This document shows positions 9,846-19,983 of a stretch of DNA of 64,000 nt, one piece after another. The notes beneath the pieces are model-generated. The model was not told the origin of the DNA, ran no database searches, and was given only the letters and a program-made list of their open reading frames with translations. Within the stretch, counting starts at the first letter, position 1. Every line of letters begins with the position of its first letter. A program made the translations under genes and the position numbers. This DNA comes from an uncultured Bacilli bacterium (GTDB lineage: Bacteria; Bacillota_I; Bacilli_A; RF39; UBA660), in assembly GCA_934130175.1 (NCBI GenBank), contig CAKOXP010000007.1, forward strand, positions 6,344-70,343, read 5' to 3'.

Positions 9846-11405
9846 TTATTTATATATATCTTCCCATATAAACTTTGTTTTTTGAGGAATATTATAGTAC
9901 TCTTTAATCCAGAAATCCATAGATGGTTCCTCATATGATTGAACTGAACCATATATACTATTTTTTACTTTGTATAGTTTAACTATCTCTTCACTTCTAT
10001 ATTTTTTTAGAATCTTATCATTTAACTCTTCAATAACATAATTATCTCTATACCCACAATATATTGTAATATAGTTTATAATACCAGTCACTGTTATATA
10101 TATAATAAATAACATACAAATTATTTTAATTATAGTAGTATCATTTAAAATATCAACTATCATTTTTGTTATGATTAGTATTACAAAAAATATATAAGGT
10201 ATTCCAGTTCTACCGCCAATCGTTGGTGAAAATACTAGACAAAACATTGTTCCGATAGCAGCGACTTCAAATGATGTAAATTCAATTATTTTATGATTTT
10301 TAAAATATAATAATGAAATACCAAAGAACAAACATAACCATATGGTAGATGTTAAAACAAACAAGATATAATGATTTGATAATTCCGGAAAAAATATAAA
10401 TACCATCTCAAATATTGAAATTAATACAGGAATCAACAAAATGTATTTTTTCTTAAGCTTACAATTTTTTACTATTTTATATAACATATATATCATTATA
10501 AAACACAAAATAAGCATAAATATATTCATTTTATCCATGAATATAGACTTTAATATTTTATAATAATTCTTTATTACTTTTTCAAAAATACTTAATTTTG
10601 CAAACTCTTGATTTGTTTCCATTCTAACCCAGTTACCAGGAGCCATGAATAGAAAAATATAACTAATAACTGTTGTAACTAGCAATGGTAAATCTATAAC
10701 TAAATATTTTTTTATTTCTTTAAAATGATGGGAAATTATATATAATATAACAAAACCAACTAATCCCACTCCTATTTGTTCTTGTGAAAATGTAGTAAGA
10801 AATGAGAGAAAGATAATAATTAGACTAGATATTACTTTATTAAATTTTATATTATTTTTTTCTTTATCACATAAACCTATATAATAACATAATAAAGCCA
10901 TAAATGGTAATAGAGGCCAAACATATAAAACAGAAGCTGAAGCCCAATAAATTCCATGACGTAAGTAACTTAAATCAATACATGTGTATAATATAAATAA
11001 TATAATTGGAACAATTGATAAATATTTTTGTTTTTTTGAATAATACTTAATTATTTTATACATGAAAAAGATTATCCCTGTTATAACAAAAGTTTGAACA
11101 AACATATATGCTTTTATTCCATGTTTTAATAAGGGTATTATGAAGACGATTGCATAAAAAATTCTTCCTCCCCAATTATTATAGATGTGCCCTGCCCATT
11201 CTAATAATTGAGGTATTGTATAATTTGTACCATCAACATTACTTACCCAATAACTATATGATAATGACGCATTACCATAATCATCAAAATACATTGAGAT
11301 CACACTATGCTGAAAAGCTAATAAAATAAAAATTATAAAAAATAAAGAAATAACAAATTTGTTTTTATTTAGATAATCATATATTTTTTTTAATATATTA
11401 ATCAT
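9846..11405 (-). CDS. Polytopic membrane protein, GT-C-like candidate
   Basis: 519 aa with many TM helices. Acidic DD pair (MYFDDYGN) in the first predicted loop. Start overlaps the upstream GtrB-type gene by 8 nt. Confidence 0.5.
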   Translation of the reverse strand: MINILKKIYDYLNKNKFVISLFFIIFILLAFQHSVISMYFDDYGNASLSYSYWVSNVDGTNYTIPQLLEWAGHIYNNWGGRIFYAIVFIIPLLKHGIKAYMFVQTFVITGIIFFMYKIIKYYSKKQKYLSIVPIILFILYTCIDLSYLRHGIYWASASVLYVWPLLPFMALLCYYIGLCDKEKNNIKFNKVISSLIIIFLSFLTTFSQEQIGVGLVGFVILYIISHHFKEIKKYLVIDLPLLVTTVISYIFLFMAPGNWVRMETNQEFAKLSIFEKVIKNYYKILKSIFMDKMNIFMLILCFIMIYMLYKIVKNCKLKKKYILLIPVLISIFEMVFIFFPELSNHYILFVLTSTIWLCLFFGISLLYFKNHKIIEFTSFEVAAIGTMFCLVFSPTIGGRTGIPYIFFVILIITKMIVDILNDTTIIKIICMLFIIYITVTGIINYITIYCGYRDNYVIEELNDKILKKYRSEEIVKLYKVKNSIYGSVQSYEEPSMDFWIKEYYNIPQKTKFIWEDIYK

Positions 11406-12366
11406 TTAATATAACATCCTCAATAATGAATCTTGGTCTTTGTTTTGTTTCATTGTAAATTTTACCAATATACTCTCCAACAATACCAATACATAGAATT
11501 TGAAATCCACCAAAGAAACAAATCAAGGAAACAATTGTTGTCCATCCTGTAACATTATTAGAAGTAAAGTGTCCTATTACTACGTAAATTAATAAAAGAA
11601 AACTTAGGAATGAAACAATAAATCCTGCTGTTGTAATTATTCTTATTGGTTTAATACTAAATGACAATATCCCATCCATTGCAAAATTTAACATTTTCTT
11701 TAATGGATATTTTGACTCACCAGCAAATCTTTCATTTCTTTCATATTCAACTTTTGACGTCTTAAATCCAATTAAAGGAATAATTCCTCTTAAGAATAAG
11801 TTTACTTCCTTAAATTTTTCTAATTCATTTAAAGCTCTCTTACTCATTAAACGATAATCAGCATGATTATAAACTATTTCTACACCGAGTTTTGCCATAA
11901 ATTTGTAAAAACCTTCCGCAGTTGTTCTTTTAAACCATGTATCTGTTTTTCTAGCTGATCTGACCCCATAAACGATATCACAACCGCTGTTATATTCTTT
12001 AACCATTTTATCCATAACATTTATATCATCCTGTAAATCAGCATCCATACTTATTACAATATCTGCATATTCTTTTGCTGTCATAAGACCTGCAAGTAAT
12101 GCATTTTGATGACCTCTATTTCTAGATAAATTAACACCTGTTACGAATTTATTTTCCTTGTTAAATTCACAAATTAATTCCCAAGTTGTATCTTTTGATC
12201 CATCATTAACATACATTATTTTACTATCTTTACTAATTAGTTTGTCTTTAATCATTTTATTTAGTTTTTCTGTTAATTTTTCTGTAGTAACAGCTAAAAC
12301 CTCTTCTTCATTATAGCAAGGTATTACTACATATAAACAATTACTAATATTACTTTTAACTTTCAT
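11398..12366 (-). CDS. Polyprenol-phosphate glycosyltransferase, GT2 GtrB type
   Basis: 322 aa. Motifs VVIPCYNEEE, NDGSKDTT and DADLQDD, plus two C-terminal TM helices. SD AAGGAG. Confidence 0.8.
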   Translation of the reverse strand: MKVKSNISNCLYVVIPCYNEEEVLAVTTEKLTEKLNKMIKDKLISKDSKIMYVNDGSKDTTWELICEFNKENKFVTGVNLSRNRGHQNALLAGLMTAKEYADIVISMDADLQDDINVMDKMVKEYNSGCDIVYGVRSARKTDTWFKRTTAEGFYKFMAKLGVEIVYNHADYRLMSKRALNELEKFKEVNLFLRGIIPLIGFKTSKVEYERNERFAGESKYPLKKMLNFAMDGILSFSIKPIRIITTAGFIVSFLSFLLLIYVVIGHFTSNNVTGWTTIVSLICFFGGFQILCIGIVGEYIGKIYNETKQRPRFIIEDVILND

Positions 12367-12376
12367 GCTATACTCC

Positions 12377-14296
12377 TTACTTATTTAAATTCCATACTTT
12401 CTTTAAAAATTTGTATCTTTTTTGAATTTCTTTTTTTTGTTTACTATTTAGTTTAAACTCTTTATTTAATGCTGTATGAATTTTAACTATTTCATCAAAA
12501 TGTGCTTGTTTTTTAGTAACCGATGTTACGTTATTTCCATGCACTCTATAATAGTTGATTGGTTTATTTGAAAAAGCAATTTTACCTTGTTTCATAATAT
12601 TTATGTAAAATAACCAATCTCCTGCTTGTCTATATTTTCCTGACTCTTTAAAAAATTTGCTATAATCATCATTTTTAAATAAGACTGAAGATACATTTGC
12701 TACTGTACAATTTAAATAAGCATAATTTTTTATTTCTTCAACTCCTGAATTAACAAAATCATAATCCCAATGACCGGTTTTTAATATGTCTATTTCTGGT
12801 TTTATTGACTTCATGAAGATATATCCATCTTTATCAATAAATGCCGTATCAACATATGATAACACTATATCTCGATCCTTTTTGATTGGTTTTATCGCTG
12901 TTGATAAAAAGTTTTTCTCACAATAATCATCTGCTTCAGCTATCCAAACATAATCTCCTTTTGCAAGAGAAAAACCTTTTTGCCATTGTTTAAAAGCTGT
13001 ACCACTGTTTGTTTCATTATAAATCTTTTTAATATTAATATATTTTTCTAATTCTAGAACAATCTTATCTATTAACTCTCTACTATTATCTTTAGAACAA
13101 TCATCTAATATTATAAGTTCATCTATTTTTGTAGTTTGATATAAAATACTGTATATTCTTTGAAATAAGAATTTTTCATAATTATAGTTAGGTACAACAA
13201 CTGATATTTTAATTTCATTTTCTTTAATTTTAGATTGCTTGATAGCTGCTGCTATTAAATCATCCATATCTAAATTTTCTTTTATTACTGGTTTTTTTAC
13301 CTTATTATTATACCAATGATAGAACGAAATCATAGAATTTGCTATTCCATATTTTTTCTCACATGTGAATTTAACAAATAATCTATAATAAATTCCATGT
13401 TTTTTTCCTTGTATAGCAAGGAAATTCCACCACAAATTGTTTTCTCGTATATTGTATTTTAAACTCAATTCATTAAATTTTTTTAAGAATTGTTTTCTTA
13501 TTTTAGAATCTTTTTCTTTTGGAATAACGTAAATTAGAAACATTATTACTTGATTATAAATAATTGCATCCCAATATTTCTTATTTTTATTGTTTCTTGG
13601 AATCCTTTCTTCTAAAACATCTAATGCCTTAAAGATATTTAATCTTTTATCACTCAAATTTGCATTTTGAACAGATGAATTTCTTTGGATATAGTTATAA
13701 TATGTATCAGTGTTATATGATATTTTAGATGCTGATATTAAAATTGCTAATACTGTTGGAACATCTTCATTCATAATACCTTCTACAAATTTATATTTCA
13801 TTAATTGTTCTTTTTTAAAGATTTTATTACATGGACTTGCTGCTAAACCATTATCAATAAAACTATATTTGTCATTAACATTTGTACAAGCAACGCTTCT
13901 AATATCTGTACCATCAACATTATCATATCGTACAAAAATATCACATACAACCACATCTGCTTTTTCTTTTTGCATTTGATTGATCATTGATTCATAAAAA
14001 TTAGATTCTATATAATCATCACTATCAATAAATGATATATACTCATTAGAGGCAATATCTAAAGCTTTGTTTCTAGAATAACCTGCTCCTTTATTTTCTT
14101 CATTTTTAATACCAATAATATTATCATATTTTTTTTGATATTCTTTTATTAATTTCCAAGTATTATCACTTGAACAATCATCAACTAATATTATTTCTAA
14201 ATTTTTGTAAGTTTGATTTAAAATTGATTCTAAACAAGAATCTAAATAATTTTCTACATTGTAACATGGAATTATTACTGTTATTCCTTTTTTCAT
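12377..14296 (-). CDS. Two-domain GT2 glycosyltransferase (candidate chain-extending enzyme)
   Basis: ORF track runs to 14305. The ATG at 14296 is better spaced from SD GAGAGG. Two GT2 signatures: VIIPCYNVENYL...VDDCSSDNT and VVVPNYNYEKFL...LDDCSKDNS. Confidence 0.7.
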   Translation of the reverse strand: MKKGITVIIPCYNVENYLDSCLESILNQTYKNLEIILVDDCSSDNTWKLIKEYQKKYDNIIGIKNEENKGAGYSRNKALDIASNEYISFIDSDDYIESNFYESMINQMQKEKADVVVCDIFVRYDNVDGTDIRSVACTNVNDKYSFIDNGLAASPCNKIFKKEQLMKYKFVEGIMNEDVPTVLAILISASKISYNTDTYYNYIQRNSSVQNANLSDKRLNIFKALDVLEERIPRNNKNKKYWDAIIYNQVIMFLIYVIPKEKDSKIRKQFLKKFNELSLKYNIRENNLWWNFLAIQGKKHGIYYRLFVKFTCEKKYGIANSMISFYHWYNNKVKKPVIKENLDMDDLIAAAIKQSKIKENEIKISVVVPNYNYEKFLFQRIYSILYQTTKIDELIILDDCSKDNSRELIDKIVLELEKYINIKKIYNETNSGTAFKQWQKGFSLAKGDYVWIAEADDYCEKNFLSTAIKPIKKDRDIVLSYVDTAFIDKDGYIFMKSIKPEIDILKTGHWDYDFVNSGVEEIKNYAYLNCTVANVSSVLFKNDDYSKFFKESGKYRQAGDWLFYINIMKQGKIAFSNKPINYYRVHGNNVTSVTKKQAHFDEIVKIHTALNKEFKLNSKQKKEIQKRYKFLKKVWNLNK

Positions 14297-14311
14297 ATTT
14301 TCCATCCTCTC

Positions 14312-15142
14312 TTATTTTGACATTTCCTTCTCAAGTAATTTTAAAGATTTTAAGATTTCTTTATTTCTAAAGATTAAGGAACTATATTTTTTATTATTAA
14401 ATTTTTTTGAAAGAGAACTTCCCTCTTTATGATAAAGTTCTATTTTTGGACTATACAGTGTAATCAAATTATTTTTTTTAGCTCTAAGTGCTAAAAACTC
14501 TTCTTCATGAAACAAAAACGTTTTTGGATAAAAAACATCATTGTATTTTTCATAATATTTCTTTGAAAAAATCAATGCACAACCATGAAGTGCTACTCCT
14601 GTTTCATCATTTTTACCGTTAGTTGATAAAACCTTTTTTCTAAATATACTTTTGACTGATAAATATATCTTTAATAAAAACCTTAAAAATACATTTTGAT
14701 ATATTTTAATTAATTTTTCTGTATACTTAATTCTTTCTTGAACTTCTTCTAGACTTTGATATGCCTTAAAAGGGTTACATGAATCTGATTCTTCCGGCAA
14801 TATTCTAGGCCCTAACATATCAAAATTATATTTTTGATATAGTTTTTCTATTTGTGTTATAAAGTCTTTCTGTTCAATAATAACATCATTATTAATTACA
14901 CATAGAAATTCTGGTTTAAAATGTTTAATAGCATATTTACACCCTATGTTATTTGCTTTTGCGAATCCTACATTTTCCTCATTAACAATTAATTTGTCCA
15001 CTCTTTTTTCTATTAATTTTAAATTATCATAATCTTTAGAATTAGATACAACCACTATCTTTGATTCAAATTTTTTTAAAGAATCAAGACATTCTAAGGT
15101 GTCTTTAATATTATTATAATGAAGAATTACAAATGTTATCAT
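14312..15142 (-). CDS. GT2 glycosyltransferase (rhamnosyltransferase-like)
   Basis: 276 aa. FVILHYNNIKDTLECLDSL and GFAKANNIG are GT2 motifs. ATGA overlap with the upstream permease gene. Confidence 0.6.
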   Translation of the reverse strand: MITFVILHYNNIKDTLECLDSLKKFESKIVVVSNSKDYDNLKLIEKRVDKLIVNEENVGFAKANNIGCKYAIKHFKPEFLCVINNDVIIEQKDFITQIEKLYQKYNFDMLGPRILPEESDSCNPFKAYQSLEEVQERIKYTEKLIKIYQNVFLRFLLKIYLSVKSIFRKKVLSTNGKNDETGVALHGCALIFSKKYYEKYNDVFYPKTFLFHEEEFLALRAKKNNLITLYSPKIELYHKEGSSLSKKFNNKKYSSLIFRNKEILKSLKLLEKEMSK

Positions 15143-15906
15143 ACTTCTTCAGCAAATCCTTTCTTTAATTTTCTAAAGATTAGAACTCCTATTATTAGAA
15201 GAATTATGCTTACTGCTAATACTCCAAATAAAGCTAAAAAATGTGGACATTGTTTATAATAAAATATATCTCTGTAACTATTAATTATAGTAGTCATTGG
15301 ATTTAAGTATAGTAACCAACGATATTTTTCAGGAAATAGAGATGTTGAGTACAACACTGGAGTTGCATAAAACATCATTGTTACAATGAAGTTAATTATA
15401 TATTCAGCATCCCTTACATAGACATCGATTGCACTTGTAATAAGAATTATTCCTATTGTTAAAATATATTGAGTTATAGCAATTAAAGGTAACCATAAGA
15501 TATTAAAACTAAATCCAATTCCACTAAATAACAAAAAAATTAAGATTATTGGTACAGATATAAAATAATTAACTAAACCACTTGTTGCTGTGGAAAGTGG
15601 TAATATTTCTCTTGGAAAATATACCTTTTTTATAATATCTGCATTACCTAAAACACAGAATGTTCCTTGTGAAATAACTGTTGTAAACCAGTTCCAAGGT
15701 AATATTGCTATTACGATATAGGTAACATAATTATCTTGACTATTTTTTAATATGAATGGAAAAACTATTGCATATACTAATGCCATTAATAATGGATTTA
15801 TAAAAGACCATAACACGCCTAGAAATGAACCTTTATATTTTCCTCTAATGTCTTTTTTTACATTTGTTTTCAAAAATTCTCTATAATTATAAATTTCTTT
15901 TATCAT
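15139..15906 (-). CDS. ABC-2 type polysaccharide/teichoic acid export permease (TagG/Wzm-like)
   Basis: 255 aa with six TM helices. The N-terminal YREFLKTNVKKDIRGKYKGSFLGVLWSFINP motif is typical of the family. Confidence 0.8.
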   Translation of the reverse strand: MIKEIYNYREFLKTNVKKDIRGKYKGSFLGVLWSFINPLLMALVYAIVFPFILKNSQDNYVTYIVIAILPWNWFTTVISQGTFCVLGNADIIKKVYFPREILPLSTATSGLVNYFISVPIILIFLLFSGIGFSFNILWLPLIAITQYILTIGIILITSAIDVYVRDAEYIINFIVTMMFYATPVLYSTSLFPEKYRWLLYLNPMTTIINSYRDIFYYKQCPHFLALFGVLAVSIILLIIGVLIFRKLKKGFAEEV

Positions 15907-15915
15907 AAACTACTC

Positions 15916-16656
15916 CTATCCGCAAACTTTCAAATATTCATCAATTACTTCAGTCGGTATTCCATCCATTCTTACTTTTCCTTCATAAATCCAAATTGCT
16001 CTGGTACATAGTTTTTTTACTTGCTCTAAGCTATGAGTAACAATAACAATAGTTTTGTCACTTTCTTTTAATTCTCTTAATTTAGCAAAACACTTATCTT
16101 GAAAGTGTTGATCACCTACTGCTAAAATTTCATCAATAAGTAAAATATCAGCATCCACATTAATTGCTACAGAAAAGGCAAGTCTCATATACATACCAGA
16201 TGAATAAGTTCTAACCGGACTATCAATAAATTCACCAAGTTCAGAAAATTCTATAATTTCGTCTACTCTTTTTTCAATTTCTTCTCTTGTTAATCCAAAA
16301 ATAGAGGCATTAAAGTAAATGTTTTCTCTACCTGTAAAATCAGGATGAAAACCTGCTCCTAATTCTAATAATGATGTTAATTTACCATTAGTAATTAATT
16401 TCCCTTTAGTAGGATAAATGATTTTTGTCATTAGCTTTAACAATGTAGATTTACCACTACCATTAGTACCTATTAGAGCAACAGTTTCTCCTTTTTCTAT
16501 ATTTAAATTAATATTCTCTAAAACTTTTCTACTCTCTTCTTTTTTCTTATTCCAAAATACTAGTCTTTCTTTTAATGTTTTTGGCTTATCATAAAAAAGT
16601 TTAAATTCTTTTGTTAGATTTTCAACTTTAATAGCATACTTAATATCTTTATCCAT
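15916..16656 (-). CDS. Polysaccharide/teichoic acid export ATP-binding protein (TagH/Wzt-like, no C-terminal carbohydrate-binding extension)
   Basis: ORF track runs to 16671 (TTG). The ATG at 16656 has SD GAGGGAG. Walker A GTNGSGKST, signature YSSGM, Walker B ILLIDE. Confidence 0.85.
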   Translation of the reverse strand: MDKDIKYAIKVENLTKEFKLFYDKPKTLKERLVFWNKKKEESRKVLENINLNIEKGETVALIGTNGSGKSTLLKLMTKIIYPTKGKLITNGKLTSLLELGAGFHPDFTGRENIYFNASIFGLTREEIEKRVDEIIEFSELGEFIDSPVRTYSSGMYMRLAFSVAINVDADILLIDEILAVGDQHFQDKCFAKLRELKESDKTIVIVTHSLEQVKKLCTRAIWIYEGKVRMDGIPTEVIDEYLKVCG

Positions 16657-16713
16657 ATACTTCTCCCTCAAATTTTCTTTATTGCACTAATAAAAGTATA
16701 ACATATATAAATG

Positions 16714-16740
16714 AAAAAAACTACAAATTGTAGTTTTTTA
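16714..16740 (-). terminator. AT-rich hairpin terminator at the stop codon of the muramidase gene
   Basis: AAAAAAACTACA-AAT-TGTAGTTTTTT. T-run on the minus strand after the stem. Weak AT-rich stem. Confidence 0.45.
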
Positions 16741-18834
16741 CCAATAAAATATACTTAGATCAACATTTCCTGATATACCAGGTAGACTACCTTTGCTTGT
16801 ATATTGCCAACCTCTATAACTTCCTTTGTAACCACAATCTGTTGCATAATGGGCTATCCATCCTATTTGTTGTCTACCATAATCACTTAACCTTGTTTCT
16901 GCATAATTTTTTCCAGTATAAACACTCATACCTATACCAATATTATTTAAGGCTGCTTTATAGGTGCTAATAATAGAATCATAACTTGCAACAGAAATAG
17001 TATCAGAAGAATGCCCATCAGCTGCATTATACCATGATTCAATATCATAATATACATCCATATATAGACTCAAATTATTATTTCTATACCAATCAATTAA
17101 GTGATTTGCTTCTAATTGAGCCTCATAAGCATTTTCTGCTGTTGAAAAATGATAAATTGTATATGGTATTTTTAAACGAGTTACTTGAGCAAGATTATGT
17201 AAAAACCTAGAGTCCATTCCTAAACTATATCCGACTCTCAAGATAACTCCATCAATTTCTCCAGAAGACCAAAGTTTATCCCAGTCAACATATCCTTGAT
17301 GTTTAGAAATATCAGCAATCACTTTAATATTTTTATGCTGTAATTCACCACTTGCCGAGAATTCATATCTTACACCAGCTATTTTACAAATGTATTTTGC
17401 GCGAGAACCATCTCCATAAAAGTAGTATTCTTTCCCATTTATAGTTTGCCAACCACTTTTTAAACATCCAGAATTATCAAAAGCATACCAATTGCCATCT
17501 ATGTATTGATTTCCTGTTAGTATAACTCCGTTGCTATCTGAATAATACTGTCTTTTATCCATAGTTATGCTCCAGCCTTTTTTTAGTATTCCAGTGTTTT
17601 CTCCAAAATGATATCTTTTACCATCTATATCATATATACCTTTGTACATACCTTTTTCATAACTGAAGTAATATGTATTACCTTCTATTTGTTGCCATCC
17701 TTCTTGAAGGATACCATTGTTATCGGAATAATACTGTCTTTTATCCATAGTTATACTCCAACATTTTTTTAGTATTCCGGTATTTTCTCCAAAATGATAT
17801 CTTTTACCATCTATATCATAGATACCTTTGTACATACCTTTTTCATAACTGAAGTAATATGTATTACCTTCTATTTGTTGCCATTCTTCTTGAAGGATAC
17901 CATTGTTATCGGAATAATACTGTCTTTTATCCATAGTTATACTCCAACCTTTTTTTAGTATTCCGGTATTTTCTCCAAAATGATATCTTTTACCATCTAT
18001 ATCATATATACCTTTGTACATACCTTTTTCGCAATTGAAGTAATACATATTACCATCTATTTGTTGCCATCCTTCTTGAAGAATACCATTATTATTGGAA
18101 TAATACTGTCTTTTATCCATAGTTATACTCCAACCCTTTTTTAGTATTCCAGTATTTTCTCCAAAATGATATTTCTTTCCTTCTATTTCATGTATGCCTT
18201 TTATCATTTTTCCGTCCTGATAATAGTAAATATTACCACCTATAGATACCCATTTATCAAGTAATATTCCTTGACTATTAAAAGTATAATTAATACCATC
18301 TATTTGCTGCATATCTTTGTACATACCTTTTTCATAACTGAAGTAATATGTATTGCCATCTATTTGTTGCCATCCTTCTTGAAGGATACCATTGTTATCG
18401 GAATAATACTGTCTTTTATCCATAGTTATGCTCCAGCCTTTTTTTAGTATTCCAGTATTTTCTCCAAAATGATATTTTTTACCATCTATATCATATATAC
18501 CTTTATACATACCTTTTTCATAACTGAAGTAATATGTATTACCTTCTATTTGTTGCCATCCTTCTTGAAGGATACCATTGTTATCGGAATAATACTGTCT
18601 TTTATCCATAGTTATACTCCAACCTTTTTTTAGTATTCCGGTATTTTCTCCAAAATGATATTTTTTTCCTTCTATCTCATATATACCCTTTAAAGCAACT
18701 CCATTTTGGTAACAATAAGTATTGCCGTCAGATGAAGTTTCCCAAACAAAATTTTGTAAATCGTTTGCAAAAACATTTTTAGGTATTATTAATAACATTA
18801 TTATAAAATAAATAAAAACAAATGTTTTCTTCAT
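16738..18834 (-). CDS. Secreted GH25 muramidase (lysozyme) with a long N-terminal array of cell-wall-binding (CW_binding_1-type) repeats
   Basis: 698 aa with a signal peptide. Roughly 20-aa YYF...G.....GW repeats. C-terminal motifs DISKHQGYVDW, YHF, DIE, WIAHY and WQYTSKGSLPGISGNVDL are GH25 hallmarks. Confidence 0.85.
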   Translation of the reverse strand: MKKTFVFIYFIIMLLIIPKNVFANDLQNFVWETSSDGNTYCYQNGVALKGIYEIEGKKYHFGENTGILKKGWSITMDKRQYYSDNNGILQEGWQQIEGNTYYFSYEKGMYKGIYDIDGKKYHFGENTGILKKGWSITMDKRQYYSDNNGILQEGWQQIDGNTYYFSYEKGMYKDMQQIDGINYTFNSQGILLDKWVSIGGNIYYYQDGKMIKGIHEIEGKKYHFGENTGILKKGWSITMDKRQYYSNNNGILQEGWQQIDGNMYYFNCEKGMYKGIYDIDGKRYHFGENTGILKKGWSITMDKRQYYSDNNGILQEEWQQIEGNTYYFSYEKGMYKGIYDIDGKRYHFGENTGILKKCWSITMDKRQYYSDNNGILQEGWQQIEGNTYYFSYEKGMYKGIYDIDGKRYHFGENTGILKKGWSITMDKRQYYSDSNGVILTGNQYIDGNWYAFDNSGCLKSGWQTINGKEYYFYGDGSRAKYICKIAGVRYEFSASGELQHKNIKVIADISKHQGYVDWDKLWSSGEIDGVILRVGYSLGMDSRFLHNLAQVTRLKIPYTIYHFSTAENAYEAQLEANHLIDWYRNNNLSLYMDVYYDIESWYNAADGHSSDTISVASYDSIISTYKAALNNIGIGMSVYTGKNYAETRLSDYGRQQIGWIAHYATDCGYKGSYRGWQYTSKGSLPGISGNVDLSIFYW
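17533..18690. repeat. Near-identical 186-bp (62-codon) tandem repeats inside the muramidase gene, about six units with one 39-codon interruption
   Basis: The unit KGIYDIDGK(K/R)YHFGENTGILKKGWSITMDKRQYYSDNNGILQEGWQQIEGNTYYFSYEKGMY recurs with only isolated substitutions. The DNA copies are visibly almost identical. Confidence 0.85.
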
Positions 18835-18843
18835 TTTCTATAT

Positions 18844-19926
18844 TTACCTCCTGTTTTTTCCTAATATCCTTAATATTTTTTCCTTTAATTGCCAAGTTTT
18901 TGAATTTAGTACCTTATTTAATTCTTCTTTATAGTAATCACGTTCTCGTTCTTTTTCACTTATAATTTTCTGATTAACAATTTCTATTTCTTGTTTTTCT
19001 CTTCTTAGCCTGTTGATAATTCCTTCAGACACTTTAATTGTGTTTGATAATATCAATTTCTTATTCAAACCCTTATAATATTTTATATTTATATCCTTAC
19101 AAAATGATAAACTGATTGGATTATTTGTGTATGTAATATGAATTTCTTTATCAACAACACTGTAGTATTTAGAGAACTTTAATAGTGTTTTCTTAGATAT
19201 AGACCCTTTTTCTATAATTTCATCTAAAATTTCATATTGATGAAAGCCAAACCCCTCACTTCTATCATGAAAACTACTGTGATTAAGTCGACCAATAATC
19301 ACTTTATTCATTAATTGTTCTTTACTTCTAACGGGAAAATGAGCAATGTATAAATCACGATTAATATCTTCTGGTAAAATTTGACCATCTTGACATCTAG
19401 CTGAATGTGATCCCATTTCTAAAAATATTCCCTTTGAATAAATATTTTTAGAAATAAAACATTTATAATTGCACTTTTGTTCTTCTTTTTCTTTTCTTCT
19501 TGAAACAATTTTTTTGGGAATAAATAAATCATCATTATCATTTTCTGTCAAAACGTAATTTTCCATCCTATATTTATATAAATAATTTTTGTCCAGGTTT
19601 TCTATTATATTTCTTGGATTTTCACCCTTATATGAACAAACAAATTCATCTGCATCGATAGGAAAAACAAAATCCGGTTTATATTTGTTAATCGTATAAT
19701 TTAATAATTCATTTCTTCTTACAGTTTGATCAAATACTGTATTTTGATCTATTAATATATCTATATTGTATCCTTCTTTTTTTAATTGTTTTAGAATTGT
19801 TAATGTATTATCATTACTACAATTATCAGATATAACAATCCCGTCAAAAACATTCATACTATATCTAACAAAACTTTCTATAATGTCTTCTTCATCTCTA
19901 ACTGTGGTAAAAGCCCATATTTTCAT
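18844..19926 (-). CDS. GT-A fold (GT2-like) glycosyltransferase with a C-terminal coiled coil of about 55 aa
   Basis: 360 aa. FTTVRDEEDIIESFVRY, ISDNCSNDNT and PIDADEF motifs. The tail RLRREKQEIEIVNQKIISEKERERDYYKEELNKVL is heptad-like. SD AAGGAG. Confidence 0.6.
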   Translation of the reverse strand: MKIWAFTTVRDEEDIIESFVRYSMNVFDGIVISDNCSNDNTLTILKQLKKEGYNIDILIDQNTVFDQTVRRNELLNYTINKYKPDFVFPIDADEFVCSYKGENPRNIIENLDKNYLYKYRMENYVLTENDNDDLFIPKKIVSRRKEKEEQKCNYKCFISKNIYSKGIFLEMGSHSARCQDGQILPEDINRDLYIAHFPVRSKEQLMNKVIIGRLNHSSFHDRSEGFGFHQYEILDEIIEKGSISKKTLLKFSKYYSVVDKEIHITYTNNPISLSFCKDINIKYYKGLNKKLILSNTIKVSEGIINRLRREKQEIEIVNQKIISEKERERDYYKEELNKVLNSKTWQLKEKILRILGKNRR

Positions 19927-19983
19927 ATTATCTTCTCCTTTTATATAGTATTATAGTACGTTTTTCTTAATAACTTTTTTGCT

